Assembly (NCBI GenBank): GCA_002705795.1
Contig: PAHG01000022.1
Span: forward strand, 44,943-108,942
Source of the DNA: Gammaproteobacteria bacterium
Lineage (GTDB): Bacteria; Pseudomonadota; Gammaproteobacteria; Pseudomonadales; Litorivicinaceae
Reading direction: 5' to 3'
DNA length: 64,000 nucleotides
The notes under the pieces are model-generated. The model had not been told where the DNA came from, ran no database searches, and worked only from the letters and a program-made list of their open reading frames with translations. Shown here piece after piece: positions 41,985-52,000 of the stretch (the stretch's first letter is position 1; every line of letters starts with the position of its first letter). Position numbers and translations under genes: made by a program.

Positions 41985-43426
41985 TGAGTCAACAAGAGAT
42001 CGACCGACTAGTTGACCAGGACTATAAGTATGGGTTCGTGACTGATATCGAATCCGATACCCTGCCGCCTGGCTTGAACGAGGACGTCATTCGTGAAATC
42101 TCGACCCGCAAAGGTGAGCCCGTGTGGTTGCTAGAGTGGCGATTGGAAGCCTACAAAAAATGGCTGGAAATGGCCCCGCCAGAGTGGGCGCATGTCGATT
42201 ATCCGCCTATCGATTTCCAATCTATCAGCTATTTTTCTGCACCTAAAAAGCAAGGTGACGGACCAAAGAGTTTGGACGAAGTTGATCCTGCATTAATAGA
42301 AACTTATAACAAGCTTGGAATCCCGCTAGAAGAGCAGAAAATGTTGGCCGGCGTCGCCGTTGACGCGGTATTCGACTCGGTGAGTGTCGTCACAACGTTC
42401 AAAGAAAAGCTGCACGAGGCAGGTGTTGTCTTCTGCCCGCTGTCTGAGGCCGTTCACTCACACCCAGAACTTGTCAAAAAATTTTTGGGTTCGGTCGTTC
42501 CTCAGAATGACAATTACTATGCCGCACTGAACTCAGCGGTCTTCTCAGACGGATCATTTGTCTATATCCCGAAAGGCGTTCGCTGCCCGATGGAGCTCTC
42601 GACCTACTTCAGAATCAACCAACAAAATACAGGTCAATTTGAACGCACATTGATTGTTGCCGAAGAAGGCTCATATGTCTCGTATCTCGAGGGATGTACG
42701 GCGCCACAGCGTGATGAAAATCAGTTACACGCAGCGGTCGTCGAACTGGTCGCCGAGACCGACGCCGAGATCAAATACTCGACCGTGCAAAACTGGTTCG
42801 CTGGCGACGATGACGGCAAAGGCGGCATCTATAACTTCGTGACCAAGCGTGGTGAGTGCCGAGGTGATCGCGCCAAAATCAGCTGGACTCAGCTCGAAAC
42901 TGGTTCGGCAATTACGTGGAAATATCCGAGCTGTGTCCTAAAAGGCGCAGACTCTCTGGGTGAGTTCTACTCGGTCGCGGTCACTGGCAAGAAGCAACAA
43001 GCTGATACCGGTACCAAGATGATTCACATCGGTCCAAGAACACGATCAACAATCATCTCGAAAGGCATCTCTACAGCGCGCGGTCAAAATGCCTATCGTG
43101 GACTCGTTAAGGTACTGCCTGGCGCGGTCGATGCACGGAATTTTACGCAATGCGATTCGCTCCTAATCGGGGACCAGTGTGGCGCACATACATTCCCATA
43201 CGTAGAAGCAGAGGAGCCTAGTGCTCAGCTTGAACATGAAGCAACCACATCAAAGGTCAGTGATGACCAGCTGTTCTACCTGAGAACTCGCGGCATGAGT
43301 GAAGAAGATGCGCTCAATATGGTGGTTAATGGCTTCTGCAAAGAGGTCTTCCAGAAACTGCCCATGGAGTTCGCCGTCGAAGCCGAGGCACTCCTGGGCA
43401 TCACACTTGAAGGAGCAGTGGGCTAA
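41984..43426 (+). CDS. sufB: Fe-S cluster assembly scaffold SufB
   Basis: Full-length SufB pattern (480 aa) followed by sufC and sufD. It overlaps the regulator by 1 nt. Confidence 0.94.
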   Translation: MSQQEIDRLVDQDYKYGFVTDIESDTLPPGLNEDVIREISTRKGEPVWLLEWRLEAYKKWLEMAPPEWAHVDYPPIDFQSISYFSAPKKQGDGPKSLDEVDPALIETYNKLGIPLEEQKMLAGVAVDAVFDSVSVVTTFKEKLHEAGVVFCPLSEAVHSHPELVKKFLGSVVPQNDNYYAALNSAVFSDGSFVYIPKGVRCPMELSTYFRINQQNTGQFERTLIVAEEGSYVSYLEGCTAPQRDENQLHAAVVELVAETDAEIKYSTVQNWFAGDDDGKGGIYNFVTKRGECRGDRAKISWTQLETGSAITWKYPSCVLKGADSLGEFYSVAVTGKKQQADTGTKMIHIGPRTRSTIISKGISTARGQNAYRGLVKVLPGAVDARNFTQCDSLLIGDQCGAHTFPYVEAEEPSAQLEHEATTSKVSDDQLFYLRTRGMSEEDALNMVVNGFCKEVFQKLPMEFAVEAEALLGITLEGAVG

Positions 43427-44169
43427 TGCTATCTATTCGAAACTTACACGCACGGGTCGGTGACAAGCCTATCCTCAAGGGTATTGATCTTGAGGTCAAC
43501 GCGGGCGAGGTACACGCGATTATGGGCCCAAATGGGTCTGGTAAAAGCACTTTGTCCTCGGTCTTAGCCGGACGTGAAGACTACGAAGTCACCGACGGTG
43601 AGGTCATCTACATGGGCCAGAACTTGCTAGATTTAGAACCCGAAGAGCGGGCTTGGGCAGGTGTATTTATGTCGTTTCAATACCCTGTTGAGATTCCTGG
43701 CGTAAAAAATATCTACTTATTAAAAGCAGCTGTAAACGCGATTCGCGAACATCGGGGGCTGACGGAGTTAAAAGCGGCCGAGTTTCTGAAGCTTGTTCGT
43801 GAAAAGCTTAAGGTCATGCAAATGGACGAAGCGTTTCTGCACCGGAACGTCAACGAAGGCTTCTCAGGTGGTGAGAAGAAGCGCAACGAAATCCTTCAGA
43901 TGCAGCTACTTGAGCCGACGCTTGCGTTGTTAGACGAAACAGACTCCGGACTAGATGTGGACGCACTACGGGTTGTTGGTGAGGGCATCAATCGGATGCG
44001 CTCACCAGAACGCAGTGTCTTGCTCGTGACGCACTACCAGCGACTACTCGATATCGTCAAACCTGACTTTGTACATGTTTTGACACAAGGCGAGATCAAA
44101 CTATCTGGTGATTATAGGCTTGCTGAAAGGCTCGAGCGTGAGGGTTACGAGGGGATCGAGGCAGCATGA
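43426..44169 (+). CDS. sufC: Fe-S cluster assembly ATPase SufC
   Basis: Walker A (GPNGSGKSTL), the atypical signature FSGGEKKR and Walker B (LLDETDSGLD). Confidence 0.94.
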   Translation: MLSIRNLHARVGDKPILKGIDLEVNAGEVHAIMGPNGSGKSTLSSVLAGREDYEVTDGEVIYMGQNLLDLEPEERAWAGVFMSFQYPVEIPGVKNIYLLKAAVNAIREHRGLTELKAAEFLKLVREKLKVMQMDEAFLHRNVNEGFSGGEKKRNEILQMQLLEPTLALLDETDSGLDVDALRVVGEGINRMRSPERSVLLVTHYQRLLDIVKPDFVHVLTQGEIKLSGDYRLAERLEREGYEGIEAA

Positions 44170-45362
44170 GTGGATTCAGCGAGTGGTTAACCGACGTCAA
44201 CGACGTTCAAGCATCAAAAGCGCTAGCGGTCGGCTTACCTACAAAACGTGTCGAGTCATGGAAGTATGTACCCACGCGTGGGCTTGCGCGCACCACTTGG
44301 CAACCAGCGGTCCCGCAGACGACGAGGCAGTTCGCTTTAACCGGTGGTCAGTTTGTTAATGTACCCACGGATAATGGATTAACGGTTTCCGAAAATACGC
44401 TGACAGGGTCTGAGCAAGAGCGCCTCGACGGGATCAGTCAAGCACACGGCTTTGGCTTAACTCAGGCGGCACTCGAAGACACCCACTTAATACTAACCGT
44501 CCAACGAGCTATGTCGGTTGTTTTAAACCTGAGCCATCTCGCCAATCAGGCAAGTTCTGCTGGCTTTGCGGCGCTTATCATCCGTGCTGAAGCAGGCGCC
44601 CAACTCACGCTGGTAGAGCAGTTTGAGTCGACTAACGTTGAGAAAGCGAACCTCAGTTCGCTCCGTTGCCTGATGACGCTGGAACGTGACTCGCTAGTCA
44701 CTCATATTCGCTTTCAGGCGGCCAATACATCAGCCCATCTATTTTCAAATCTCAACATCGAATGTTGTGAAAATGCATCTTACCGTCTACAAACGGTTGA
44801 GTTCGGATCGAAGTTAGCTCGGAACGATATATATATTGCGTTGTCGGGCCGTGAGGCGTCCGCTTCTGTCAACGGACTCGCGATCACAAACGGGTCGCAA
44901 TACCACGACACACACCTCACGATTGACCACGTGGTCGGCGACACCACCAGCGAAATGACCTTCCGAAACATGGTCGATGGCAAGGGTGAAGCAACGTTCA
45001 ACGGTCGTGTATTGATCCGCAAAGACTCACAGCGCTCGGCGACAGAGCAGTCCATCGCCAACCTGCTCTTGTCCAAGAACGCTCGCGTGAATCCTAAACC
45101 AGAGCTAGAAATTTATGCCGATGACGTGACCGCCTCACACGGATGCACGGTTGGAAGTCTCAGTAAGACAGAGTTGTTCTATTTAAAGAGTCGAGGGCTC
45201 TCGGAAACCGATGCGCGCGCGTTCCTACAGTACGCATTCGCGGAAGCAATCGTTGATGAAATCGAGCACCCAGATATTCGCAAACTAGTTGAAACCCAAC
45301 TACTAGGTGAATTGAAGCATGGCGAACTGATCGCTGAGCTCAAGGACTCTGTCGATGTTTGA
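44166..45362 (+). CDS. sufD: Fe-S cluster assembly protein SufD
   Basis: SufB/SufD beta-helix C-terminal pattern, located after sufC. Confidence 0.88.
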   Translation: MSGFSEWLTDVNDVQASKALAVGLPTKRVESWKYVPTRGLARTTWQPAVPQTTRQFALTGGQFVNVPTDNGLTVSENTLTGSEQERLDGISQAHGFGLTQAALEDTHLILTVQRAMSVVLNLSHLANQASSAGFAALIIRAEAGAQLTLVEQFESTNVEKANLSSLRCLMTLERDSLVTHIRFQAANTSAHLFSNLNIECCENASYRLQTVEFGSKLARNDIYIALSGREASASVNGLAITNGSQYHDTHLTIDHVVGDTTSEMTFRNMVDGKGEATFNGRVLIRKDSQRSATEQSIANLLLSKNARVNPKPELEIYADDVTASHGCTVGSLSKTELFYLKSRGLSETDARAFLQYAFAEAIVDEIEHPDIRKLVETQLLGELKHGELIAELKDSVDV

Positions 45363-46575
45363 TTTAGCGAGTGTTCGTAGAGACTTTCCTATTCTGTCAC
45401 GAGAAGTCCATGGACAACCGCTGATCTACTTAGACAATGCTGCCACGTCACAAAAGCCCACTACGGTCATCGATTCAATAGCTGATTACTATAATCGTTA
45501 CAATTCCAATGTCCATCGTGGGATCCATACCCTCAGTGGTAAGGCGACCGATGCGTACGAGGGTGCCCGCACCCGGATCGGGCAATGGTTTGGAATCGAA
45601 GATGCTGGTGAGGTTATTCTGCTTCGGGGCGCGACCGAGGCACTGAATCTAGTCGCCAACGTCCTCTCGGACACACTCAAGCCAGGAGACGCAGTGTTGG
45701 TCGGAGAGACAGAGCACCACGCTAATATCGTCCCTTGGCAACAGCTCGAATCTCGGATCGGCATCCGGGTCATTCCCATCCCAGTGGATCCGACCGGTAC
45801 ATTGTGTTTGGAATCCGCAAAAGCACTGTGTAGGGAGCACTCTGTTGCGGTGATAGCGGTCGGACACGTCTCTAACGCAATTGGGGCACTAAATAACGTA
45901 CAAGGCTTCATCCAGCTGGCCAGGGAAAACAAAGCGTTCTCCGTCGTTGACGGAGCACAGGCTGCGCCGCACATGCGAGTCAATGTAAGAGATCTCCAAG
46001 CAGATTTTTATGCGGTCAGTGCACATAAGTGCTGCGGTCCAACCGGGATTGGTGTCCTGATCGGGCGACGAGAGCTACTTGAATCCCTCCCCCCTTGGCA
46101 AGGTGGCGGCGACATGATTGATCGGGTGAGCTTCAGCGGCACAACGTACAACGAATTACCCTGGAAGTTTGAGGCTGGCACCCCAAATATTGCTGATACG
46201 ATTGGCTTTGCCAAAGCTCTCGACTATCTTGATTCAATCGACTTTGATGGTGCGGTAGCTCACGAGCATCAAGTGCATCGGTATCTTACAGAGGCGATGC
46301 TTAGCCGTGACAGAGTGGAAGTACTCGGCCAACCGGAGCGCTGGGTAAGTGTGTGTTCTTTCAATGTACAAGGTGCACATCCAACAGACGTGGCGACTCT
46401 CCTTGACCAACTTGGAATCGCCGTGCGTACAGGTCACCATTGTGCCATGCCAACCATGGAGCACTTTGGGCTTCCTGGAACTGCACGAGCCTCAGTCGCT
46501 TTTTACAACTCGATAGAAGAAATTGACCGATTCCTCTCGGCTCTCGACCGTGTCATAGGGATGCTGACACACTAA
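45355..46575 (+). CDS. sufS: Cysteine desulfurase SufS (class V aminotransferase, group II)
   Basis: IYLDNAATSQKP, the PLP lysine in SAHKCCGPTG, and the active-site region RTGHHCA. Confidence 0.93.
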   Translation: MFDLASVRRDFPILSREVHGQPLIYLDNAATSQKPTTVIDSIADYYNRYNSNVHRGIHTLSGKATDAYEGARTRIGQWFGIEDAGEVILLRGATEALNLVANVLSDTLKPGDAVLVGETEHHANIVPWQQLESRIGIRVIPIPVDPTGTLCLESAKALCREHSVAVIAVGHVSNAIGALNNVQGFIQLARENKAFSVVDGAQAAPHMRVNVRDLQADFYAVSAHKCCGPTGIGVLIGRRELLESLPPWQGGGDMIDRVSFSGTTYNELPWKFEAGTPNIADTIGFAKALDYLDSIDFDGAVAHEHQVHRYLTEAMLSRDRVEVLGQPERWVSVCSFNVQGAHPTDVATLLDQLGIAVRTGHHCAMPTMEHFGLPGTARASVAFYNSIEEIDRFLSALDRVIGMLTH

Positions 46576-47129
46576 TGATATCGTTTACCGAACTTGGCAA
46601 AGGCTCGGAACTGACCGTTCATAAGAACGTCACTGGTAAACAAGTACCACAAGGTATTCCATTGACCATTGGTGCTGGTGAGACGGTCACAGTCACACAG
46701 GCTCTGGGCGATACGCTAACCCTAGATATCGGTAGCCGTTTGGTGCGGATTGAGACCGAAGATCTTGAAAATCTTGGCGTCGAAGCACCGGAACAACTCG
46801 GCACGAATCAGGCACTTTCGCTTGAAAATCAAGTATGGAATGTGCTCAAACAGAGCTACGACCCCGAGATTCCGGTGAATATCGTGGAGCTCGGTTTAAT
46901 TTACGACCTAAGAGTCTCAACACTCATTGATGGACGAACGCACGTACACATCGATATGACTTTGACGGCACCCGGCTGCGGTATGGGACCCATCATGGCC
47001 CGAGACATCAAAGAAAAAATTAACGCGCTCCCCGAAGTTGATCAAGCGGACATACAAATGGTCTTCGACCCTCCGTGGGATGCTAGTAGAATGACGGAGG
47101 AGGCTCGCTTGGAGGCGGGTTTATTTTAG
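46575..47129 (+). CDS. sufT: Fe-S assembly protein SufT (DUF59/MIP18 family)
   Basis: C-terminal DUF59 domain (V...L..V.DPEIPVNIVELGLIY...TLTAPGCGMG) with an N-extension of about 80 aa. Confidence 0.8.
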   Translation: MISFTELGKGSELTVHKNVTGKQVPQGIPLTIGAGETVTVTQALGDTLTLDIGSRLVRIETEDLENLGVEAPEQLGTNQALSLENQVWNVLKQSYDPEIPVNIVELGLIYDLRVSTLIDGRTHVHIDMTLTAPGCGMGPIMARDIKEKINALPEVDQADIQMVFDPPWDASRMTEEARLEAGLF

Positions 47130-47136
47130 GTAACAC

Positions 47137-47457
47137 ATGAGTCAATGGATCCAAGTCTCAGCTATTAATACGATCGCTGACGGCGCGTACGAGCGTTTTG
47201 AGCTCGATGAGGTTGATGTGTTGATTTTCCGCGAGGGAAACGATGTTTTCGCGATTGAAGATCTATGCACGCATGATGGCGCCGAGCTCTGCGGTGGTCT
47301 CTACATGAATGGCGAAATCGAGTGTCCGCGCCACGGCGCACGGTTTTGTGTCAAAACCGGTCAAGCACTCTCCGCACCTGCCTATGGACAGGTATCCACT
47401 TTCCCTATCCGCACCAATAGTGACGGAATAATCGAACTTAATCTCGAAGACGCCTGA
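47137..47457 (+). CDS. Rieske [2Fe-2S] ferredoxin-like protein
   Basis: Rieske ligands C-T-H (CTHDG) and C-P-R-H (CPRHGARF) at 106 aa. It is the last gene of the suf cluster. Confidence 0.82.
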   Translation: MSQWIQVSAINTIADGAYERFELDEVDVLIFREGNDVFAIEDLCTHDGAELCGGLYMNGEIECPRHGARFCVKTGQALSAPAYGQVSTFPIRTNSDGIIELNLEDA

Positions 47458-47566
47458 TGCGCCAGTCGTTCCTCGTGTTCGGTCCAATCTCAGTGATTGG
47501 GACGCGCGTCTGAATGCTCACGATGAGTATGTTCAGCCCCTTGTTTATAAGCTATCGGAGTCGCTC

Positions 47567-48415
47567 TTGAGTTTTCTTGATCATTTTTACCACGCACATA
47601 ATACCGATCTCCAGTTATGGACACCCTGGTTTCAAGGAGACGCATTGCTTGGCTACGTGCAAGACAGTTTTAAAGAGCGCGGTCTGGCACTCGATCTATG
47701 GCGGGAGACAGAGCGGGGGCTTGTGATTCCAGATTTGCCTGAGATGGAACTTAATCAATTATTCGCTCGTTTTGCGAAGCAGACCTACGAAGAGGGTTCA
47801 CTCTGGAGCTGGGTCGGCGAGCTCTTCCCTGTCAAGGCCTCAGTCACGGACTCAACTCGCTTTGTAATGGAGCGAACACTCACGGCACCACTCGGTTGTC
47901 TGACCTTTGGTGTTCATCTAAATGGGTACGTCAGAACAGGGCAAGGGATCGAGTTATGGGTTGCAAAACGGTCTCAACAAAAACCCACATTCCCCGGGAA
48001 ACTAGACAATATAGTGGGCGGCGGTCAACCGGCGGGGCTCAGTCTATCCGAAAACTTAATCAAAGAATGCTTCGAAGAGGCCGGTATTTCTGAGCGTCAA
48101 GCCCGTCAGTCGGTTGCCACGGGAACCGTCAGTTATAGTCACACCGACGGACGCGGGTTAAAACGCGATATTTTGTACTGCTTTGATTTAGAGCTTCCTG
48201 ACAGTTTCGTCCCTGCCTGCCAAGATGGTGAAGTCGAATCGTTCGAACGCCTGCCTATAAGTGAGGTTTTATCGATTATCCAGACCAGCAATGAATTCAA
48301 GTACAACTGCAATCTGGTGATTATTGATTTTGCCATTCGGCATGGGATTCTAACAGGCGACAACACAGCCGATTATGCGGAGCTCTGCCAGCGACGGAAC
48401 CAGCTCACTGATTAG
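47567..48415 (+). CDS. NUDIX hydrolase with N-terminal DUF4743-like domain
   Basis: NUDIX box (GGGQPAGLSLSENLIKECFEEAGI). TTG start as given by the track. Confidence 0.7.
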   Translation: MSFLDHFYHAHNTDLQLWTPWFQGDALLGYVQDSFKERGLALDLWRETERGLVIPDLPEMELNQLFARFAKQTYEEGSLWSWVGELFPVKASVTDSTRFVMERTLTAPLGCLTFGVHLNGYVRTGQGIELWVAKRSQQKPTFPGKLDNIVGGGQPAGLSLSENLIKECFEEAGISERQARQSVATGTVSYSHTDGRGLKRDILYCFDLELPDSFVPACQDGEVESFERLPISEVLSIIQTSNEFKYNCNLVIIDFAIRHGILTGDNTADYAELCQRRNQLTD

Positions 48416-48732
48416 CCGAGCTCCCCAAGCAATCGTAGGTCGATCGGCGTTCGAAGTGCCGGATCCTCCGCCTCACATGGCTGACGACCGATCACCTCAT
48501 CATAGACACACTGATGAACGATTTCGGCATAGGTACCGCCCGCATTGGCCAATGCAATCCCGGCCTGTGTGGATGACTTAAACACTTGGTTATCGCCATC
48601 AGCTTTTTTAAGGAAAGTTTCTCCAACCTCCGTGATGACCTTAACTAGGTAAATAATTCCCTCAAACGCATGAATTTCGAGAGTCGGAGCGCGACCTTTT
48701 GCCAAGAGTACTTTTAAATCTACCAAGGTCAT
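48412..48732 (-). CDS. Small conserved hypothetical protein (possibly DUF6482-like)
   Basis: 106 aa, coupled by ATGA overlap to the upstream MerR/B12 regulator. The VHQCVYDEVIG motif recalls DUF6482 proteins; that assignment is from memory only. Confidence 0.5.
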   Translation of the reverse strand: MTLVDLKVLLAKGRAPTLEIHAFEGIIYLVKVITEVGETFLKKADGDNQVFKSSTQAGIALANAGGTYAEIVHQCVYDEVIGRQPCEAEDPALRTPIDLRLLGELG

Positions 48733-49736
48733 GCGGTTTGTTCTTTAAATTGTCGATCTCTGAGTGCGTTTAAAGAGTGGCGTAATCCATTCAATGTAGG
48801 CGGGTACTCTAAGCCCAACCGACTGATTAGCTCCTGGTGGTGAGCCGTGGCCGCGCCACCGACGAATACTGGTATTTTCCCGTCAAGTTGCGATCTTAGG
48901 CGTGTCAGCTCAGTTGCGATGCGCGGATCATCTGCAGGGTAGGTCAAAGACAAACTGACCGCCCGCGCGCCCGACTGAATGGCACAGGCTACGATCTCGT
49001 CTGCCGGCGTGTTCGGACCTAGATACACAGGAAGCCACCCATCCACTGAGACCAGGGCCGCGATCATCAAAGCTCCAAGTTCATGCAGCTGCCCCGTTGG
49101 TGTCGTAATCACAATTTTTGGCTCGCCACCAGTATATGTCTCACGGAAACGAAGCGCGCCAATGAAAGTCCTAAGGTGCGCAGTCGCCATGTGCTCGTGG
49201 GCAATACGAAGCTTTCCAAGGCGGGTTGATTCGCCAATTTCCCGAAGTAGAGGCCCAATAACTGTCTCAAGGTATGAAGGCAAGGATTGCTTGACCAGCC
49301 CCTCCTGCAGGAGCTGATCGAACCGATGCTGATCCATCGTCTGGATTGCAAATAACATGGCATCGATGTCATCTCGGGCATCCGTTGCCTCAAGCGGACC
49401 GGTCCAACTCGGGCGATAGACCTCGGCTTGATTATCTGTTGTCGAATCATAGCGACTGTCTTCAGAGACCACATCACGGAGCTCTTCAAGCGTCAGGGGT
49501 GCTACATCGACCAGGCGACGACCATTTTGTTTAGCGATCCGAATCAGCCGTAAACGCTCGATATCATAATCGCTGTAGAGTCTTCGCATGGTATCACTAC
49601 GCGCAGGGTCAACAACGTGGTAACGTTTCTCCCAAGCGCGGATCAAGTCGACCGTCAGCCCTGTCCGATTCGCGACCAGGCGAATCGGATGACGGGCTGA
49701 AGTATCGATACTTGAGATGGTTTCTAAAGTAGCCAT
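48729..49736 (-). CDS. MerR-family transcriptional regulator with C-terminal cobalamin-binding domain (CarH/LitR-like architecture)
   Basis: N-terminal MerR HTH (IRLVANRTGLTVDLIRAWEKRY). A helical cap carries EH (RIAHEH). A Rossmann-like B12 domain has the His-on motif context TPTGQLHELGA and is followed by the GG...vfvGG pattern. Confidence 0.78.
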   Translation of the reverse strand: MATLETISSIDTSARHPIRLVANRTGLTVDLIRAWEKRYHVVDPARSDTMRRLYSDYDIERLRLIRIAKQNGRRLVDVAPLTLEELRDVVSEDSRYDSTTDNQAEVYRPSWTGPLEATDARDDIDAMLFAIQTMDQHRFDQLLQEGLVKQSLPSYLETVIGPLLREIGESTRLGKLRIAHEHMATAHLRTFIGALRFRETYTGGEPKIVITTPTGQLHELGALMIAALVSVDGWLPVYLGPNTPADEIVACAIQSGARAVSLSLTYPADDPRIATELTRLRSQLDGKIPVFVGGAATAHHQELISRLGLEYPPTLNGLRHSLNALRDRQFKEQTA

Positions 49737-49745
49737 TGCGGTAGT

Positions 49746-49778
49746 TTGACAATTTTGTCCTAGTTTTGTCCAGACAAA
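49746..49778. promoter_or_regulatory. Repeat-rich divergent control region between the MerR/B12 regulator and the J-domain gene
   Basis: TTGACA (49746-49751). The direct repeat TTTTGTCC occurs at 49753-49760 and 49764-49771, exactly 11 bp apart. The inverted arms are GACAA..TTGTC and TTTGTC-ca-GACAAA. Confidence 0.45.
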
Positions 49779-49786
49779 TATAGTAC

Positions 49787-50293
49787 ATGAGAATACTTAT
49801 CATCATATTAGCGGTCCTTGCGCTGTTTTATCTGCTTAGTCGGGGATCAACGAAAGGCTGGATTGCGGAAAATAAATGGAAAGTAATCGGCGGCACAGTC
49901 GCGATTGGAATCCTTTTGTTAGTCGTAACTGGAAAACTTCCTGTGTTGGCTGCGCTAGCGGCGCCAGTAGCAGCATTCGGGAGACGTTTGTGGAGTATGC
50001 GCGGACTCTTATCGATGTTCCCGCAAATACGGCAGATTCTTGGCCTCGGTGCCGCAGCCGGGGCCGGTGCAGCGCACGCCAACCAACAGCGGCAGTCGCC
50101 CGATGAGCCGATGACAGTAAAACGTGCCGCTGAGATTCTCGGCGTAGATGAAAACGCGAGCCCCTCTGAAATCAGAGCAGCTCACAAAAAGTTGATGGGT
50201 AAAATGCATCCCGACAAGGATGGGACAGATTATCTTGCGGCGCTAATCAACGAGGCCCGGGATTTTCTTATCGCTCGCCGCCAAGACACGTAA
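49787..50293 (+). CDS. Membrane-anchored J-domain protein (DjlA-like)
   Basis: Two N-terminal TM helices, a Gly/Ala linker, and a C-terminal J-domain with HPD (AAEILGV....S..EIR.AHKKLM.KMHPDK). Confidence 0.78.
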   Translation: MRILIIILAVLALFYLLSRGSTKGWIAENKWKVIGGTVAIGILLLVVTGKLPVLAALAAPVAAFGRRLWSMRGLLSMFPQIRQILGLGAAAGAGAAHANQQRQSPDEPMTVKRAAEILGVDENASPSEIRAAHKKLMGKMHPDKDGTDYLAALINEARDFLIARRQDT

Positions 50294-50360
50294 CTACTGC
50301 CTTCCCAAGACTTGCACCCAACTGCACTGGGAAACGAGGATGGAAACAAGCGCTGCTGCT

Positions 50361-51392
50361 TTAGCGAGCGCTCGGGCGTCGCATGAATTGGTGCTGACCG
50401 CAATTATCCGGAGGAGCTGCTTCCTTCCACTGAACCTTGTGCCCGGCTCCGGGTACTTCCCTGACAAGCTTTGGAACGAGATATCCAGGAAGCGCATTCA
50501 ATAATGCCCGATGAAGGTCGGCCACTTCTCCGTCAGTCACATCGAAGTGATGCGCACCAGCAACGCGATCCAATACGTTCAAATAATACGGATCAATACC
50601 AGCCTCAAACAACCGCTCGCTTAGAGCGACCAGACATTCTGCCGTGTCGTTCACGCCTTTTAAAATGACAGCCTGATTCAGTACCGAACGACAGACTTGC
50701 CTCAGTTTCCCTACTGCACTGACCACAGAGGCATCGATTTCATTCGCGTGATTGATATGTAGCACCATGACCACGGGCAACCGTGTTGATGCGATCACCT
50801 CACATAAGGATTCTGTGACACGCTCCGGAATTACCACCGGTAAACGGCTATGGACGCGCAACCGTTTAATCGTCGGAATCGATTCGATGCGTGAGAACAG
50901 TTGGCTAATCGACGAATCATCAGCCATCAAAGGATCACCACCTGACAGAATGACTTCGTTAACTTCAGGGTGCTTGGTCAAATAATCCACCAACGCATCG
51001 ATATCACGAGAGGTCAGCGTCTGCTCTTGATACGGGAAATACCTGCGAAAACAGTAACGACAATTGATCGCACACCCGCCTCGATAAATCAGAAGAACCC
51101 TTGAACGATACTTGTGCAAGACTCCAGAGAGCGGTCCGCCAAATTCGTCTAGCGGATCAGCAATAAAGCCTGGCATCACCTGACGTTCATCGACAATAGA
51201 CAGCACTTGTCTCAACAGGGGGTCTCGGGGATCTTGAGGAACCATACGCGTGATAAAGGGCTCAGGGACACGCATCGAAAAATCAGGCGTGTGATCGACA
51301 CCGAGAACTTCATTTGCATCCAAGCCCAAACGTTCCATCAATACGTCTGAACTCGTCACTGCGTTGGCCAAGATACGCTGCCAGCTATTCAC
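50361..51392 (-). CDS. epmB: EF-P beta-lysylation protein EpmB (lysine 2,3-aminomutase-like radical SAM)
   Basis: Radical-SAM CxxxCxxC (CAINCRYCFRR) and YjeK family length and motifs. Confidence 0.88.
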   Translation of the reverse strand: MNSWQRILANAVTSSDVLMERLGLDANEVLGVDHTPDFSMRVPEPFITRMVPQDPRDPLLRQVLSIVDERQVMPGFIADPLDEFGGPLSGVLHKYRSRVLLIYRGGCAINCRYCFRRYFPYQEQTLTSRDIDALVDYLTKHPEVNEVILSGGDPLMADDSSISQLFSRIESIPTIKRLRVHSRLPVVIPERVTESLCEVIASTRLPVVMVLHINHANEIDASVVSAVGKLRQVCRSVLNQAVILKGVNDTAECLVALSERLFEAGIDPYYLNVLDRVAGAHHFDVTDGEVADLHRALLNALPGYLVPKLVREVPGAGHKVQWKEAAPPDNCGQHQFMRRPSAR

Positions 51393-52000
51393 AAACGCTG
51401 ATCCAATACTCGCTCAACTGTATCGACGATGGCCTGGGTTTGAGAGTCGATCTCAAGATTTAATGCGTCACCCACAGCAACACGGCCAAAAGTTGTTAGC
51501 TCTCGAGTTTCCGGGATTAAATGAATACTGGGGTGCCCATCGTGTTCGGTCGCACCGACAGTCAAAGAGCATCCATTCAGTGAGACATAGCCTTTGGGCA
51601 GGACATACTTCCTCAAACCCTCTGGAACATGCCACCAGACAGCGAGATTTCCTTCTGTTTCCACCACTTCTATTACTTTTGCTTGGCCATGAATGTGTCC
51701 GGACAACACATGACCACCGATTTCATCACCAAAACGAGCTGCTCGCTCCACATTGACTAAATAACCGATGTCTAACGCGCCAAGATTCGTGAGTCGCAAG
51801 GTTTCATCGATCACGTCAAACTGGACACCCTGTTGATCCCAGCCGACAACTGTCAAACAAACACCGTTAATCGCTACCGATGCCCCCGTCTCGAGGCCCT
51901 GATCGCGACCTGATGGAAGTCGCACTTGAAGCTGACGGATTCCATCGCGATCCTCAATATGAGTGACCTCCCCTAAACCCTGAACAATCCCTGTGAACAT
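51389..52000 (-). CDS. ribE: Riboflavin synthase
   Basis: MFTGIVQGLG... N-terminus and a duplicated Lum-binding barrel (SLNGCSLTV / AINGVCLTV). Confidence 0.92.
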   Translation of the reverse strand: MFTGIVQGLGEVTHIEDRDGIRQLQVRLPSGRDQGLETGASVAINGVCLTVVGWDQQGVQFDVIDETLRLTNLGALDIGYLVNVERAARFGDEIGGHVLSGHIHGQAKVIEVVETEGNLAVWWHVPEGLRKYVLPKGYVSLNGCSLTVGATEHDGHPSIHLIPETRELTTFGRVAVGDALNLEIDSQTQAIVDTVERVLDQRL

